Assembly: GCF_036746095.1 (NCBI RefSeq)
Contig: NZ_DAIOEU010000016.1
Location: forward strand, 3,707 to 67,706
Direction of reading: 5' to 3'
From: Dyella sp.
GTDB lineage: Bacteria > Pseudomonadota > Gammaproteobacteria > Xanthomonadales > Rhodanobacteraceae
DNA length: 64,000 bases
Shown here: positions 9,715-18,648 of the stretch, piece by piece
Layout: every line of letters starts with the position of its first letter
Numbering within the stretch: the stretch's first letter is position 1
Program-made: the position numbers and the translations under genes
The notes under the pieces: model-generated
What the model was told of the DNA's origin: nothing
The model's input: the letters and a program-made list of their open reading frames with translations, nothing else
Databases searched by the model: none

Positions 9715-12700
9715 ATGATTCACACGGATTTCGTTCGCCATCGTGCGGCGTGCGCTCGGCTATTGGGTGCAATCACTTCTGTTTTCAGCATGGGTTTGCT
9801 GTTGGCCCTGATGATGCTGGGGGGCCTTTGGCCCCGTGAAGCGGCGGCCTATACGACCGCGACCGGCTGCACCGTGGCGATTACCTTCAACGCCAGCCCG
9901 CTCGGGACATCGCAGCGCTATGACTTGCCTGGGCCATATGGGCCTTGCAGTCCGAACGGCGATATTCAGTCAACGCCGAACGCGACGGCAGTGGGAACCA
10001 ACCCGGGCAATCCAGGTGACCAAATCGCCGGGCAGCATGGCACTTACACACTCGAATACGACGCCAATGGCAACGAGTGGATCTTGTATACGCCGACCTC
10101 CGCCGTTTCGACCGGCTATACGGAGTCGATTGCGTTTTATGGCGACGACGGCGGGACGACGGTCTACAACAACACGGCCAACGTCACTATCCACATTGTT
10201 GCCAACGCTCCCGATGCACCGACCATCGGTACCGCAACGGCCGGCAACGGACAAGCCTCGATAACGTTCGCCGCACCAGGCAATGATGGCGGTTCTCCCA
10301 TCACCGGCTATACCACTACGTCGAGTCCGGGGGGACTCACCGGCAGTTGCGCCGCATCACCCTGTACGGTCACCGGCCTCACCAACGGGACGGCTTATAC
10401 CTTCACGGTTACTGCCACCAACGCTGTCGGTACGAGCACGCCGTCGGCGGCGTCCAACAGCGTTACGCCATCGACCGTGCCCAGTGCGCCGACCGGCGTA
10501 AGCGCCACCAGCGCCGCCCCGGCGCAGGCCACCGTGACCTTCAGCGCAGCCAACAATAACGGCTCGCCCATCACCGGTTACACGGTGGTTTCCAGCCCCG
10601 CCGGCGGCATTGATTCGAATGCCGGTTCGACCTCGCTCAGTCATGTGATCACCGGCCTGACCAACGGCACCGCCTATACCTTCACGGTCACGGCGACCAA
10701 TGGGGACGGCACCGGTCCGGCGTCGGTGGCATCGAACAGCGTGACGCCGAAGGCGACGCAGACGATTACCTTCGCCAATCCGGGCACGCAGAACTTCGGC
10801 ACCACGCCGACGCTTACCGCCACGGCCAGCTCCGGCCTGACTGTGACATTCTCGTCGACCACGACCGGCGTATGCACGATCACCAGCGGCGGCGCGCTTA
10901 CGTTTATCAGCGCCGGCAGCTGCACCATCAATGCGGACCAGGCGGGCAACGGCACCTATTCGGCGGCGGCGACCGTGCCACAGACCTTTACCGTCGCGGC
11001 GGTCGTACCCGGTGCGCCCACTATCGGCACGGCCACGGCTAGCAGTGCGCAGGCATCGATCAGCTTTACCGCCCCGGCCTTTACCGGGGGTGCGGCGATC
11101 ACCCAGTACACCGCCACCAGCAGCCCGGGCGGCCTGACGGGTATCTGTGCCAATTCGCCGTGCGTGGTGACCGGTCTTACCAACGGTACCGCCTATACCT
11201 TTACGGTGACGGCGACCAACGGCGTCGGTACCGGCGCGCCATCGGCGGCCTCGAACAGTGCGACGCCGCAGGCGACGCAGACGATTACCTTCAATAATCC
11301 AGGCACGCAGAATTTCGGCACCACGCCGACGCTGACGGCCACGGCCAGCTCCGGCCTGACGGTGAACTTCAGCTCGAGCACGACCGCGGTATGCACCATC
11401 ACCAGCGGCGGCGCGCTGACCTTTATCACTACCGGCAGCTGCACCATCAACGCCAATCAGAGCGGCAATGGCACGTACAGCGCCGCACCGCAGGTGAGCC
11501 AGTCGTTCACCGTCAACGCGGTGGTGCCGGGTGCGCCCACCATCGGTGCGGTCACCACCAGCGCGCAACAGGCGACGGTCAACTTTACGGCGCCGGCGTT
11601 CAACGGCGGCGCTGCGATCACCGGCTACACCGCCACCAGCAGCCCGGGTGGCCTGACGGGTACTTGCGCCAATTCGCCTTGCCTCGTGACCGGCCTTACC
11701 TACGGCACGGCCTACACCTTTACGGTGACCGCCACCAACTCGGCCGGCACCGGTGCGCCATCGGCGGCATCGAGCAGCACGACACCGCAGTCGGCGCAGA
11801 CGATTACCTTCAATAATCCGGGTGCGCAGAACTTCGGCACCACGCCGACGCTGACGGCCACGGCCAGCTCCAGCCTGACGGTGAGCTTCAGCTCGAGCAC
11901 GACCGCGGTGTGCACCATCACCAGCGGCGGCACGCTGACCTTCCTCACCGCCGGCACCTGCACCATCAATGCCAACCAGGCTGGCAACGGTACCTATCTG
12001 CCTGCGCCGCAAGTCAGCCAGTCGTTCACCGTCAACGCGGTGGTGCCGGGTGCGCCCACCATCGGCACGGCGACCGCAGGCGATCAGCAAGCGACGGTAA
12101 CTTTCACGGCGCCGGCATCGTCAGGCGGCTCGCCGATCACCAGCTATACGGCCACCAGCAGTCCGGGCGGCAGTGTCGGAACCTGCACGACCTCGCCGTG
12201 TACCGTGACCGGGCTGGTCAACGGCACTGCCTATACGTTCACGGTGACGGCGACCAACGGCATCGGCACGGGTAGTGCGTCCGCCGCGTCGAACGCGGTG
12301 ACGCCGAAGGGCAACCAGACGATCACCTTCAGCAATCCCGGCACGCAGAATTTCGGTACCACGCCGAGCTTGACTGCGACGGCCAGCTCCGGCCTGCCGG
12401 TGACGTTCACGTCGAGCACCACGGCGGTATGTACCGTCACTTCCGGCGGTGTGCTGACCACCGTGACGCCGGGAACCTGCACCATCAATGCCAACCAGGC
12501 CGGTAACGGTGCGTATCTGGCGGCGGCGCAAGTCACGCAGTCGTTCTCGATTGCCGGCGTGGCGCCGGCCGCACCGACGATCGGCACCGCCACCGCCAGC
12601 GATGCACAGGCCACGGTGACGTTTACGCCGCCCACCGTGACCGGCGGCGATGCGATCACCGGCTACACCGCCACCAGCAGTCCGGGCGGTATCACGGGTA

Positions 12701-15126
12701 CCTGCGCCAATTCGCCTTGCACGGTGAGCGGTCTTGCCGACGGTACGGCTTACACGTTCACGGTGACCGCGACCAATGCGGCCGGCACCAGCGTGGCTTC
12801 CGCGGCCTCCAACAGCGTGACGCCCAAGGCGGCCGCGTCGATCACCAACTTCGTGGCCAACCCGGCTGCACCGGTATTCAAGCCAGGCGGTACTTTCACG
12901 GTATCGGCTACCGGTACCGGTTCGAGCAGCCCCTTGGTGTTTGCCGTGGCGAACCCACCTGGATCAGTGTGTTCGATCCAGGGCAGCACGGTTACCACGC
13001 TGTCGGCCGGTACCTGCAACGTCACCGCCAACCAGGCCGGTGACGGCAGCCATGTGGCCGCGCCGCAGGCGACGCTGGCGGTGACGATCACCAATCCGCC
13101 GCCGCCCACCGTCAGCGATGTCAGCGCGAATACCAACTACAACACCGCGGCAACGATCAACCTCAGTAGCAAGATCGTCGGTATCGACGTGACCTCGGTG
13201 GCGATCGCCAAGGCACCGCAGCACGGCACCGCGTCGGTGTCAGGCGAAAGCGTCACCTACACGCCTTCATCCACGTTCTATGGTGGCACCGATAGCTTTA
13301 CCTACACAGCGACCAATCCTGGCGGCAGCTCTGCACCGGCGACGGTGACGGTCACAGTCGTGCCTTCCGCGGTACCGCAGGCGGCGAGCCATACCGTTTC
13401 CACCACGACCGGCACCGCCGTGCTGATCCAGGCGATCGAAGGTGCCACCGGTCCACAGCCGTACCTCGGTGTCGGCGTGGCGACGCAGCCCGCCCATGGC
13501 AACGCCACCACCAACGGCCAGCAGATTACCTATACACCAGCGGCCGGCTTCGTCGGTACCGATACCTTCAACTACGTGGTGTCGAACAACTTCGGCCAGT
13601 CGCAGCCCGCCAGTATCACCGTAACAGTCACGGCGGCGGGCAAGGCCAGCGGCTATACCAAGACGGTGATCACATCGCCCGGTACGCCGGTGTCGGTGAA
13701 CCTGGGCAGCATCGTGCCGGGTACGTATAGCGGCTCGAGCCTGCTGGGCCTGTCGCCGGCCAGCGCCGGCAATGTCTCGCTCAACCAGCCCACCGCGCTG
13801 ACCTTTACACCCACCGGCAGCTTTACCGGCATGGTGCAGATCACGGCGGTGCTCGCCTCCGCCGGCGGCAGCCCGGTCACGGTCGATGTGCTGGTGCTGG
13901 TCACCAAGCAGCCCGATCCGTCCAGGAATCCGGATGTGCTCGGTTTGATCAATGCGCAGACCAATGAAGCGGAAATGTTCGCGCAGAGCCAGCTCGACAA
14001 TATCCGCGGACGCCTCGAAGGCCTGCACGACGGCGGCGGTTCGCTGTTCAGCAACACTTTGTCCGTGAGCCTCGATGGCAAGCCGATGAGTGGCGGTGCC
14101 GATGCCAATGGATTGCCCGGTCAACCGCAGAACGGTCAACAGGCAGACGGCGCGACGGCAGCCATGTGGCCACGGCGCAACGGCTTTATGCGCCCAGGCA
14201 TCGGCGCCGGCGAAGCGCCGGATGGTACGAGCTTGCCCGCCGATACTTCGTCCGGCCCGGCGTCGACTAGCGTGACGAAGGGCGGCCCGCAAGGACTGGG
14301 CGTGTGGATCGGCGGCACCGCGAACTTCGGTAGCTTCGATTCGTATCGCCAGGCGGCCGGCTTCAATTCGGACAATATTGCCGTGACCGTCGGCGTCGAT
14401 CAGCGCATCGGCAACAGCAGCGTGTTCGGCATGAGCCTGGGCTACAACCACGACAACAGCGATATCTCCAACGACGGTACGCATAGCGTGGCGAAGGGTT
14501 ATAGCGCGGCGTTGTACGGCAGCTTCGCGCCTTCGGCCAATACCTATATCGATAGTGTGCTCGGCGGTGGCGGCCTGAGTTTCGAAAGCCAGCGCCGCGG
14601 CGAGAATTATGGCGACGATCTGCTCGGCCATCGCTATGGCGACCAATGGTTTGCCTCCTTGACTGGCGGCTATGAGTACAAGTGGCACAACTGGCTGCTA
14701 TCGCCGTACACCCGCATGCAATGGTCGCTGTCGCGCTTGAACGCCTACTCCGAAACAGGCGACGTTACCGAAGCGCTCACTTATGGAAGCCAGCTGGTGC
14801 GTAACTCGCAGGCGATCATCGGTCTGCGTGCGAGCGGCGAGTACAAGCAGAGCTGGGGCGTGCTGATTCCGCACTTCCGGCTTGAGCTGGGCCACAACTT
14901 CCAGGGCGCGACGGACACCACGTTGAGCTATGCCTTCGTTCCTTCGGCCGGATCCTGGAACGTACTGACCAATCCCTACAGCACCAACGGCAATAGCGTG
15001 CAAGTAGGCTTCGGCGGCGACCTGCGCCTGTGGAGCAACTGGCTGATCAGCACCGAATACGACTACATGGCCGAGCCTCACGCGCACGACCAGATGATCA
15101 AGTTCGGCGTGAAGAAGCAGTTTTAG
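9715..15126 (+). CDS. giant autotransporter adhesin; passenger built from FN3, Ig-like and cadherin-like modules; C-terminal beta-barrel
   Basis: Long signal region '...GLLLALMMLGGLWPREAAA'. Repeated FN3-like modules ('APTIGTATA..A.V.FT.P...GG..IT.YTATSSPGG..G.C..SPC.VTGL.NGTAYTFTVTATN') alternate with Ig-like modules ('QTITF.NPG.QNFGTTPTLTATASSGL.V.F.S.T..VCTI'). The C-terminus 'GVWIGGTANFGSFDSYRQAAGFNSDNIAVTVGVDQRI...MSLGYNHDNSDI...MIKFGVKKQF' is typical of an autotransporter beta domain. Confidence 0.85.
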   Translation: MIHTDFVRHRAACARLLGAITSVFSMGLLLALMMLGGLWPREAAAYTTATGCTVAITFNASPLGTSQRYDLPGPYGPCSPNGDIQSTPNATAVGTNPGNPGDQIAGQHGTYTLEYDANGNEWILYTPTSAVSTGYTESIAFYGDDGGTTVYNNTANVTIHIVANAPDAPTIGTATAGNGQASITFAAPGNDGGSPITGYTTTSSPGGLTGSCAASPCTVTGLTNGTAYTFTVTATNAVGTSTPSAASNSVTPSTVPSAPTGVSATSAAPAQATVTFSAANNNGSPITGYTVVSSPAGGIDSNAGSTSLSHVITGLTNGTAYTFTVTATNGDGTGPASVASNSVTPKATQTITFANPGTQNFGTTPTLTATASSGLTVTFSSTTTGVCTITSGGALTFISAGSCTINADQAGNGTYSAAATVPQTFTVAAVVPGAPTIGTATASSAQASISFTAPAFTGGAAITQYTATSSPGGLTGICANSPCVVTGLTNGTAYTFTVTATNGVGTGAPSAASNSATPQATQTITFNNPGTQNFGTTPTLTATASSGLTVNFSSSTTAVCTITSGGALTFITTGSCTINANQSGNGTYSAAPQVSQSFTVNAVVPGAPTIGAVTTSAQQATVNFTAPAFNGGAAITGYTATSSPGGLTGTCANSPCLVTGLTYGTAYTFTVTATNSAGTGAPSAASSSTTPQSAQTITFNNPGAQNFGTTPTLTATASSSLTVSFSSSTTAVCTITSGGTLTFLTAGTCTINANQAGNGTYLPAPQVSQSFTVNAVVPGAPTIGTATAGDQQATVTFTAPASSGGSPITSYTATSSPGGSVGTCTTSPCTVTGLVNGTAYTFTVTATNGIGTGSASAASNAVTPKGNQTITFSNPGTQNFGTTPSLTATASSGLPVTFTSSTTAVCTVTSGGVLTTVTPGTCTINANQAGNGAYLAAAQVTQSFSIAGVAPAAPTIGTATASDAQATVTFTPPTVTGGDAITGYTATSSPGGITGTCANSPCTVSGLADGTAYTFTVTATNAAGTSVASAASNSVTPKAAASITNFVANPAAPVFKPGGTFTVSATGTGSSSPLVFAVANPPGSVCSIQGSTVTTLSAGTCNVTANQAGDGSHVAAPQATLAVTITNPPPPTVSDVSANTNYNTAATINLSSKIVGIDVTSVAIAKAPQHGTASVSGESVTYTPSSTFYGGTDSFTYTATNPGGSSAPATVTVTVVPSAVPQAASHTVSTTTGTAVLIQAIEGATGPQPYLGVGVATQPAHGNATTNGQQITYTPAAGFVGTDTFNYVVSNNFGQSQPASITVTVTAAGKASGYTKTVITSPGTPVSVNLGSIVPGTYSGSSLLGLSPASAGNVSLNQPTALTFTPTGSFTGMVQITAVLASAGGSPVTVDVLVLVTKQPDPSRNPDVLGLINAQTNEAEMFAQSQLDNIRGRLEGLHDGGGSLFSNTLSVSLDGKPMSGGADANGLPGQPQNGQQADGATAAMWPRRNGFMRPGIGAGEAPDGTSLPADTSSGPASTSVTKGGPQGLGVWIGGTANFGSFDSYRQAAGFNSDNIAVTVGVDQRIGNSSVFGMSLGYNHDNSDISNDGTHSVAKGYSAALYGSFAPSANTYIDSVLGGGGLSFESQRRGENYGDDLLGHRYGDQWFASLTGGYEYKWHNWLLSPYTRMQWSLSRLNAYSETGDVTEALTYGSQLVRNSQAIIGLRASGEYKQSWGVLIPHFRLELGHNFQGATDTTLSYAFVPSAGSWNVLTNPYSTNGNSVQVGFGGDLRLWSNWLISTEYDYMAEPHAHDQMIKFGVKKQF
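10492..12840 (+). repeat. in-frame tandem repeat, 519-bp (173-aa) unit, about 4.5 copies, inside the autotransporter gene
   Basis: The unit boundary codon string 'ggt gcg ccc ac(t/c) atc ggc' recurs at 11011, 11530 and 12049, exactly 519 nt apart. Diverged copies lie near 10492 and 12568. Long identical runs include 'ttcggcaccacgccgacgctgacggccacggccagctcc' and 'cagtcgttcaccgtcaacgcggtggtgccgggtgcgcccacc'. Confidence 0.85.
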
Positions 15127-15242
15127 AGGACGTCATTTCGTGCCGCCGCCACACCCGCCTTCGCGGGAACGACGGCGGCATGGAGGCGGCGCGTGGAGGA
15201 GCCGAGCCCAGCGCGCCGGAGTGGATGGCAAGGCCGGCATTC

Positions 15243-18200
15243 TCAGCCGAGCCTGCTTGCCTCGGGCGTGGCAACCGGTTTTCCCAACGGTCGTGGGCGG
15301 CGCTTCTCCTCGCGCCGCGCCCTGCGTGCAGCCTTGCGCGCATGCCGATCGTATTGCCACAAATAAATCGCCGGCGTGCTGAGCAAGGTCAGCAGTTGCG
15401 ACACGAACAAGCCACCTAGGATCGCGATGCCAAGCGGCTGGCGCATTTCAGAACCGATGCCGAAGCCGATCGCCAATGGCAGCGCGGCACCCATTGCCAC
15501 CAAGGTGGTCATGGTGATGGGACGAAAACGCACCAGTGCGGCTTCGCGAATCGCTTCCGGCGGCGAAAGGCCGCCTTCGCGTTCGGCGACGAGGGCGAAG
15601 TCCACCATCAGGATCGCGTTCTTTTTCACGATGCCGATCAGCATCAGCACGGCGATCACCGACATCGTGCTCAGCTGCGTATGGGTGATCAGCATGGCCA
15701 GGAAAGCGCCCATGCCTGCGGCAGGCAACGTCGACAGAATGGTCAACGGGTGGATCAGGCTTTCGTAGAGCATGCCCAGCACGATGTACATCGCCAGGAT
15801 CACGGCGATGAACAGGATCAGCGCATTGGTGGCCGCCTCCAGCAGTTTCTGGTTGTCGCCGGTGTATTGCTTCATCACGCCGGCCGGCAGTCGCGCGGCG
15901 AACATCGCTTGATCGACGTACTTCAGGCCGTCGGCCTGGCTCACGCCGTCGGCGAGGTTGTAGTTGATGCTTGCCGCTTCCAACTGGTTGTAATGCTGGA
16001 TGTCGATGGGTTCGATGCGCGGGCGAACATGCACCATGGCCGAGAGCGGCACCATCTTGTGGGTATTGCTGCGCACATAGAGGTTAAGCAAGGTGGCGGG
16101 GCTGAGCGAATGAGCGTTGTCCGCCACCAGGATCACCTGGTATTGGTTGATGTCGGAGTAGATCACCGATGCCGGCGTCTGCCCGAATGCGTCGGTCAAC
16201 GCCTGATCGATCTGCCCGATATTCACCTGCAGGCGCGACGCCGCGTCGCGGTCGATTTCGACCAGTTGCTGTTTGCCGATGTTGTCGAAGCTGGTGCTCA
16301 CGTCCTTGAACTGTTTCATCTTGCGCATCACCTGCGCCAGATGCAGCGTCGGTTGCTGCAAGGGCTGGCTGGTGGTGCTGGTGAGCGAGAAGGCGTACTG
16401 GCCTTTCGCACGACTGCCGCCGCCACCGTTGAAAAAACCCAGGCTGGTGACGGCGACATTGACGTCGGTCAGCTTCTTGTATTGCGCGGTGAGGCGCTTG
16501 ATCACTTTGTCTGCCGCCTCATGGCGCTGCCCGGGACCATCGCCGCGCGGCTTGAGGTCGATGAAGAATGACGCCTCGTTGCCGACCGCGCCATTGGTGT
16601 TGTTGCCGCCCAGGAATGCAGCCACGTCAAGCACGGCCGGATCGGCCAGCATCACCGCCTGTACGGCTTGGGTACGCTTGGCAAGCAGGCCAGGCGAGAT
16701 GTTCGGGTCGGCCACCATGTCCGCCTGCAGCATGCCGGTATCGCCTTCCGGCATCAGCGCACCGCCGGCCGTCTTCACCACGGCCATCGCCAGCCCGACC
16801 GTCAACACCAGCAAGATCAGCGGTTGCCAGCGCATCACGCGCCGATGGCGCATCGCCCAATCCAGTGCGCGCTCATAGATGCGCAGCAGCCAGCGATCCA
16901 GCCGTTCGACCGCCATTTCCAGCTTGCTGGGTGCGCTCGGCTTGCGCGTTTCTTCCACCAGGTAGCGGCCGCACAAGGCGGGCGTAAGCGTGAGCGACAC
17001 CAGCGCCGAAATCACGATCGTGGCGATCAGCGTGACCGAAAACTCACGCATCAGCATCACCATCGGGCTGTTGCCGAACACCATCGGCGCAAACACGGCC
17101 ACCAGCGACAGCGTGATCGAGATGACCGTAAAACCAATCTCGCGCACGCCGGTCAACGCGGCATCCAGCGGCTTGGCTCCCTGCTCCATGTGGCGGAAGA
17201 TGTTCTCGATCACCACGATCGCATCGTCCACCACAAAGCCGATGCACAGCACCAGCGCAATCAGCGACAGCATGTTGAGCGTGAAGCCGAGTGCATACAT
17301 CAGCACGAACGCGCCGGCCAGCGACAGCGGCACGCTGAGCATGGCGATAAGGGTGGGACGAAGGCGCCTGAGGAACAGCAGCATCACCAGCGCCACCATT
17401 ACGATGCTGATCAGCAAGGCGATCTCCACTTCGTGCAACGCGGATTTGGTGGAGAGTGTCAGGTCGAAAATCGGCGTGATCTGCACGTCGGCCGGCACCA
17501 GCTTCTGCAATCGCGGCAATGCATCGCGGATGGCTTGCACCACTTGCACGGCGTTCGCATCGGAACGCTTTTGCACCTGCATGATCACGCCGTGCTTGTT
17601 GTTGAACCAGGCCGCCTGGGTGGAATCCTGCTGGCCGTTGCTGATCGTGGCGACGTCGGAAAGATGAACCGGCACGCCGTTCTGCTTGGCAATGACCAGC
17701 GCGGCGAAATCGGCCGGCGTCTGCAGGCCGTCATTGGCCGACACCGTCATCTGCGTCATGCCATCGCTCAGGATGCCTTGCGGCGAGGCGACGTTGGCGG
17801 CCCGCAGCACGTTGGCGATGTCATTGGCGGTCAGGCCCTTGGCCGTCAACGCACTGTTGTTCAACGAGATGCGCACGGCGTGCGGCGAGCCGCCGATCAG
17901 CTGTGCCTGCGATACGCCGGTGACTTGCGCCACCGCCGGCAGCATCAGCGTGTTGGCCAGGTCGTAGAGCTTGTCCGGCGGCATGCTGGTGGACGTCATG
18001 GAGATCAGCAGCACCGGAATCTGCGAGGTGTCGTTCTTGAAATACTGCGGCGGCGACAAGGCCATCACGGCGGGCAGATCGGGCGCTGCCGCGTTGAGCG
18101 CGGCCTGCACGTCGCGCGCGGCCTGGTCGGCTTTGCGCGACATGTCGAACTGGATCAGGATCAGCGAGCCGCCCGCGTTCGAATCGGAGGTCATTTGCTG

Positions 18201-18431
18201 GATGCCGGGAATGCGGCCCAGCTGGCGCTCGAGCGGTGCGGTTACCGTCGACGCCACGGTTTGCGCGTTGGAGCCGGGTAACAAGGAAGCTACTGCTATG
18301 ACAGGAAATTGCAGCGAAGGAAACGACGCGATGCCGATCAGCAGATAAGCGCAGAAGCCCGCCAGCACCAGGCCGATCGCCAACAACGAGGTACCCTTCG
18401 GTCGGCGGATGATCGGCTCGAAAACATTCAT
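15243..18431 (-). CDS. RND efflux permease (AcrB/MdtB/MdtC family), paralogue 1
   Basis: The start at 18431 gives 'MNVFEPIIRRPKGTSLLAIGL'. Typical RND motifs are present: 'LCIGFVVDDAIVVIENIFRHME' and 'REAALVRFRPITMTTLVAMGAALPLA'. About 1062 aa. Confidence 0.9.
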   Translation of the reverse strand: MNVFEPIIRRPKGTSLLAIGLVLAGFCAYLLIGIASFPSLQFPVIAVASLLPGSNAQTVASTVTAPLERQLGRIPGIQQMTSDSNAGGSLILIQFDMSRKADQAARDVQAALNAAAPDLPAVMALSPPQYFKNDTSQIPVLLISMTSTSMPPDKLYDLANTLMLPAVAQVTGVSQAQLIGGSPHAVRISLNNSALTAKGLTANDIANVLRAANVASPQGILSDGMTQMTVSANDGLQTPADFAALVIAKQNGVPVHLSDVATISNGQQDSTQAAWFNNKHGVIMQVQKRSDANAVQVVQAIRDALPRLQKLVPADVQITPIFDLTLSTKSALHEVEIALLISIVMVALVMLLFLRRLRPTLIAMLSVPLSLAGAFVLMYALGFTLNMLSLIALVLCIGFVVDDAIVVIENIFRHMEQGAKPLDAALTGVREIGFTVISITLSLVAVFAPMVFGNSPMVMLMREFSVTLIATIVISALVSLTLTPALCGRYLVEETRKPSAPSKLEMAVERLDRWLLRIYERALDWAMRHRRVMRWQPLILLVLTVGLAMAVVKTAGGALMPEGDTGMLQADMVADPNISPGLLAKRTQAVQAVMLADPAVLDVAAFLGGNNTNGAVGNEASFFIDLKPRGDGPGQRHEAADKVIKRLTAQYKKLTDVNVAVTSLGFFNGGGGSRAKGQYAFSLTSTTSQPLQQPTLHLAQVMRKMKQFKDVSTSFDNIGKQQLVEIDRDAASRLQVNIGQIDQALTDAFGQTPASVIYSDINQYQVILVADNAHSLSPATLLNLYVRSNTHKMVPLSAMVHVRPRIEPIDIQHYNQLEAASINYNLADGVSQADGLKYVDQAMFAARLPAGVMKQYTGDNQKLLEAATNALILFIAVILAMYIVLGMLYESLIHPLTILSTLPAAGMGAFLAMLITHTQLSTMSVIAVLMLIGIVKKNAILMVDFALVAEREGGLSPPEAIREAALVRFRPITMTTLVAMGAALPLAIGFGIGSEMRQPLGIAILGGLFVSQLLTLLSTPAIYLWQYDRHARKAARRARREEKRRPRPLGKPVATPEASRLG

Positions 18432-18540
18432 GCCGCCACCCGCGTGTGCGCACGGACGACGGCCATGTACAAGCCGCATGCACGGCTGTTGCGCGTATGA
18501 GAAGTATCCATGTGCACTTCATACGCTGACGCGTGTGCGT

Positions 18541-18581
18541 GCAAATGTGCATGAAGTCGGGCCGTGCCATAAGGCATGGCG
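18541..18581 (-). other. conserved 41-nt hairpin motif in the leader of RND paralogue 1 (twin at 21953..21993)
   Basis: 'gcaaatgtgcatgaagtcgggccgtgccataaggcatggcg' versus 'gcaaatgtgcctgaagtcgggccgtgccgaaaggcatggcg'. There are three differences, and two of them fall in the loop of the 'gccgtgcc/ggcatggc' stem. Confidence 0.35.
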
Positions 18582-18608
18582 AGGCTTGCATGAGGCTGTA
18601 ATGGGTGA

Positions 18609-18646
18609 CCTCTCGTCATTCCGGCTTTCGCCGGAATGACGAGAGG
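18609..18646. repeat. REP-type perfect palindrome (17-bp stem, 4-nt loop)
   Basis: 'cctctcgtcattccggc tttc gccggaatgacgagagg' begins 3 nt downstream of the stop of the upstream RND gene (minus strand). Confidence 0.85.
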
Positions 18647-18648
18647 AA

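Noticed and set aside
10357-12090. A 577-aa minus-strand ORF, together with many 60-140-aa ORFs inside the autotransporter gene.
   Set aside because: They are antisense or off-frame to the repeat-coding region. The periodic Arg/Gly-rich translation simply mirrors the 519-bp repeats.
10492-12840. Whether the regular repeats could be a CRISPR array.
   Set aside because: The units are 519 bp, contiguous with no unique spacers, and in-frame within a single long CDS. They encode FN3/Ig modules. No cas genes are present in the window.
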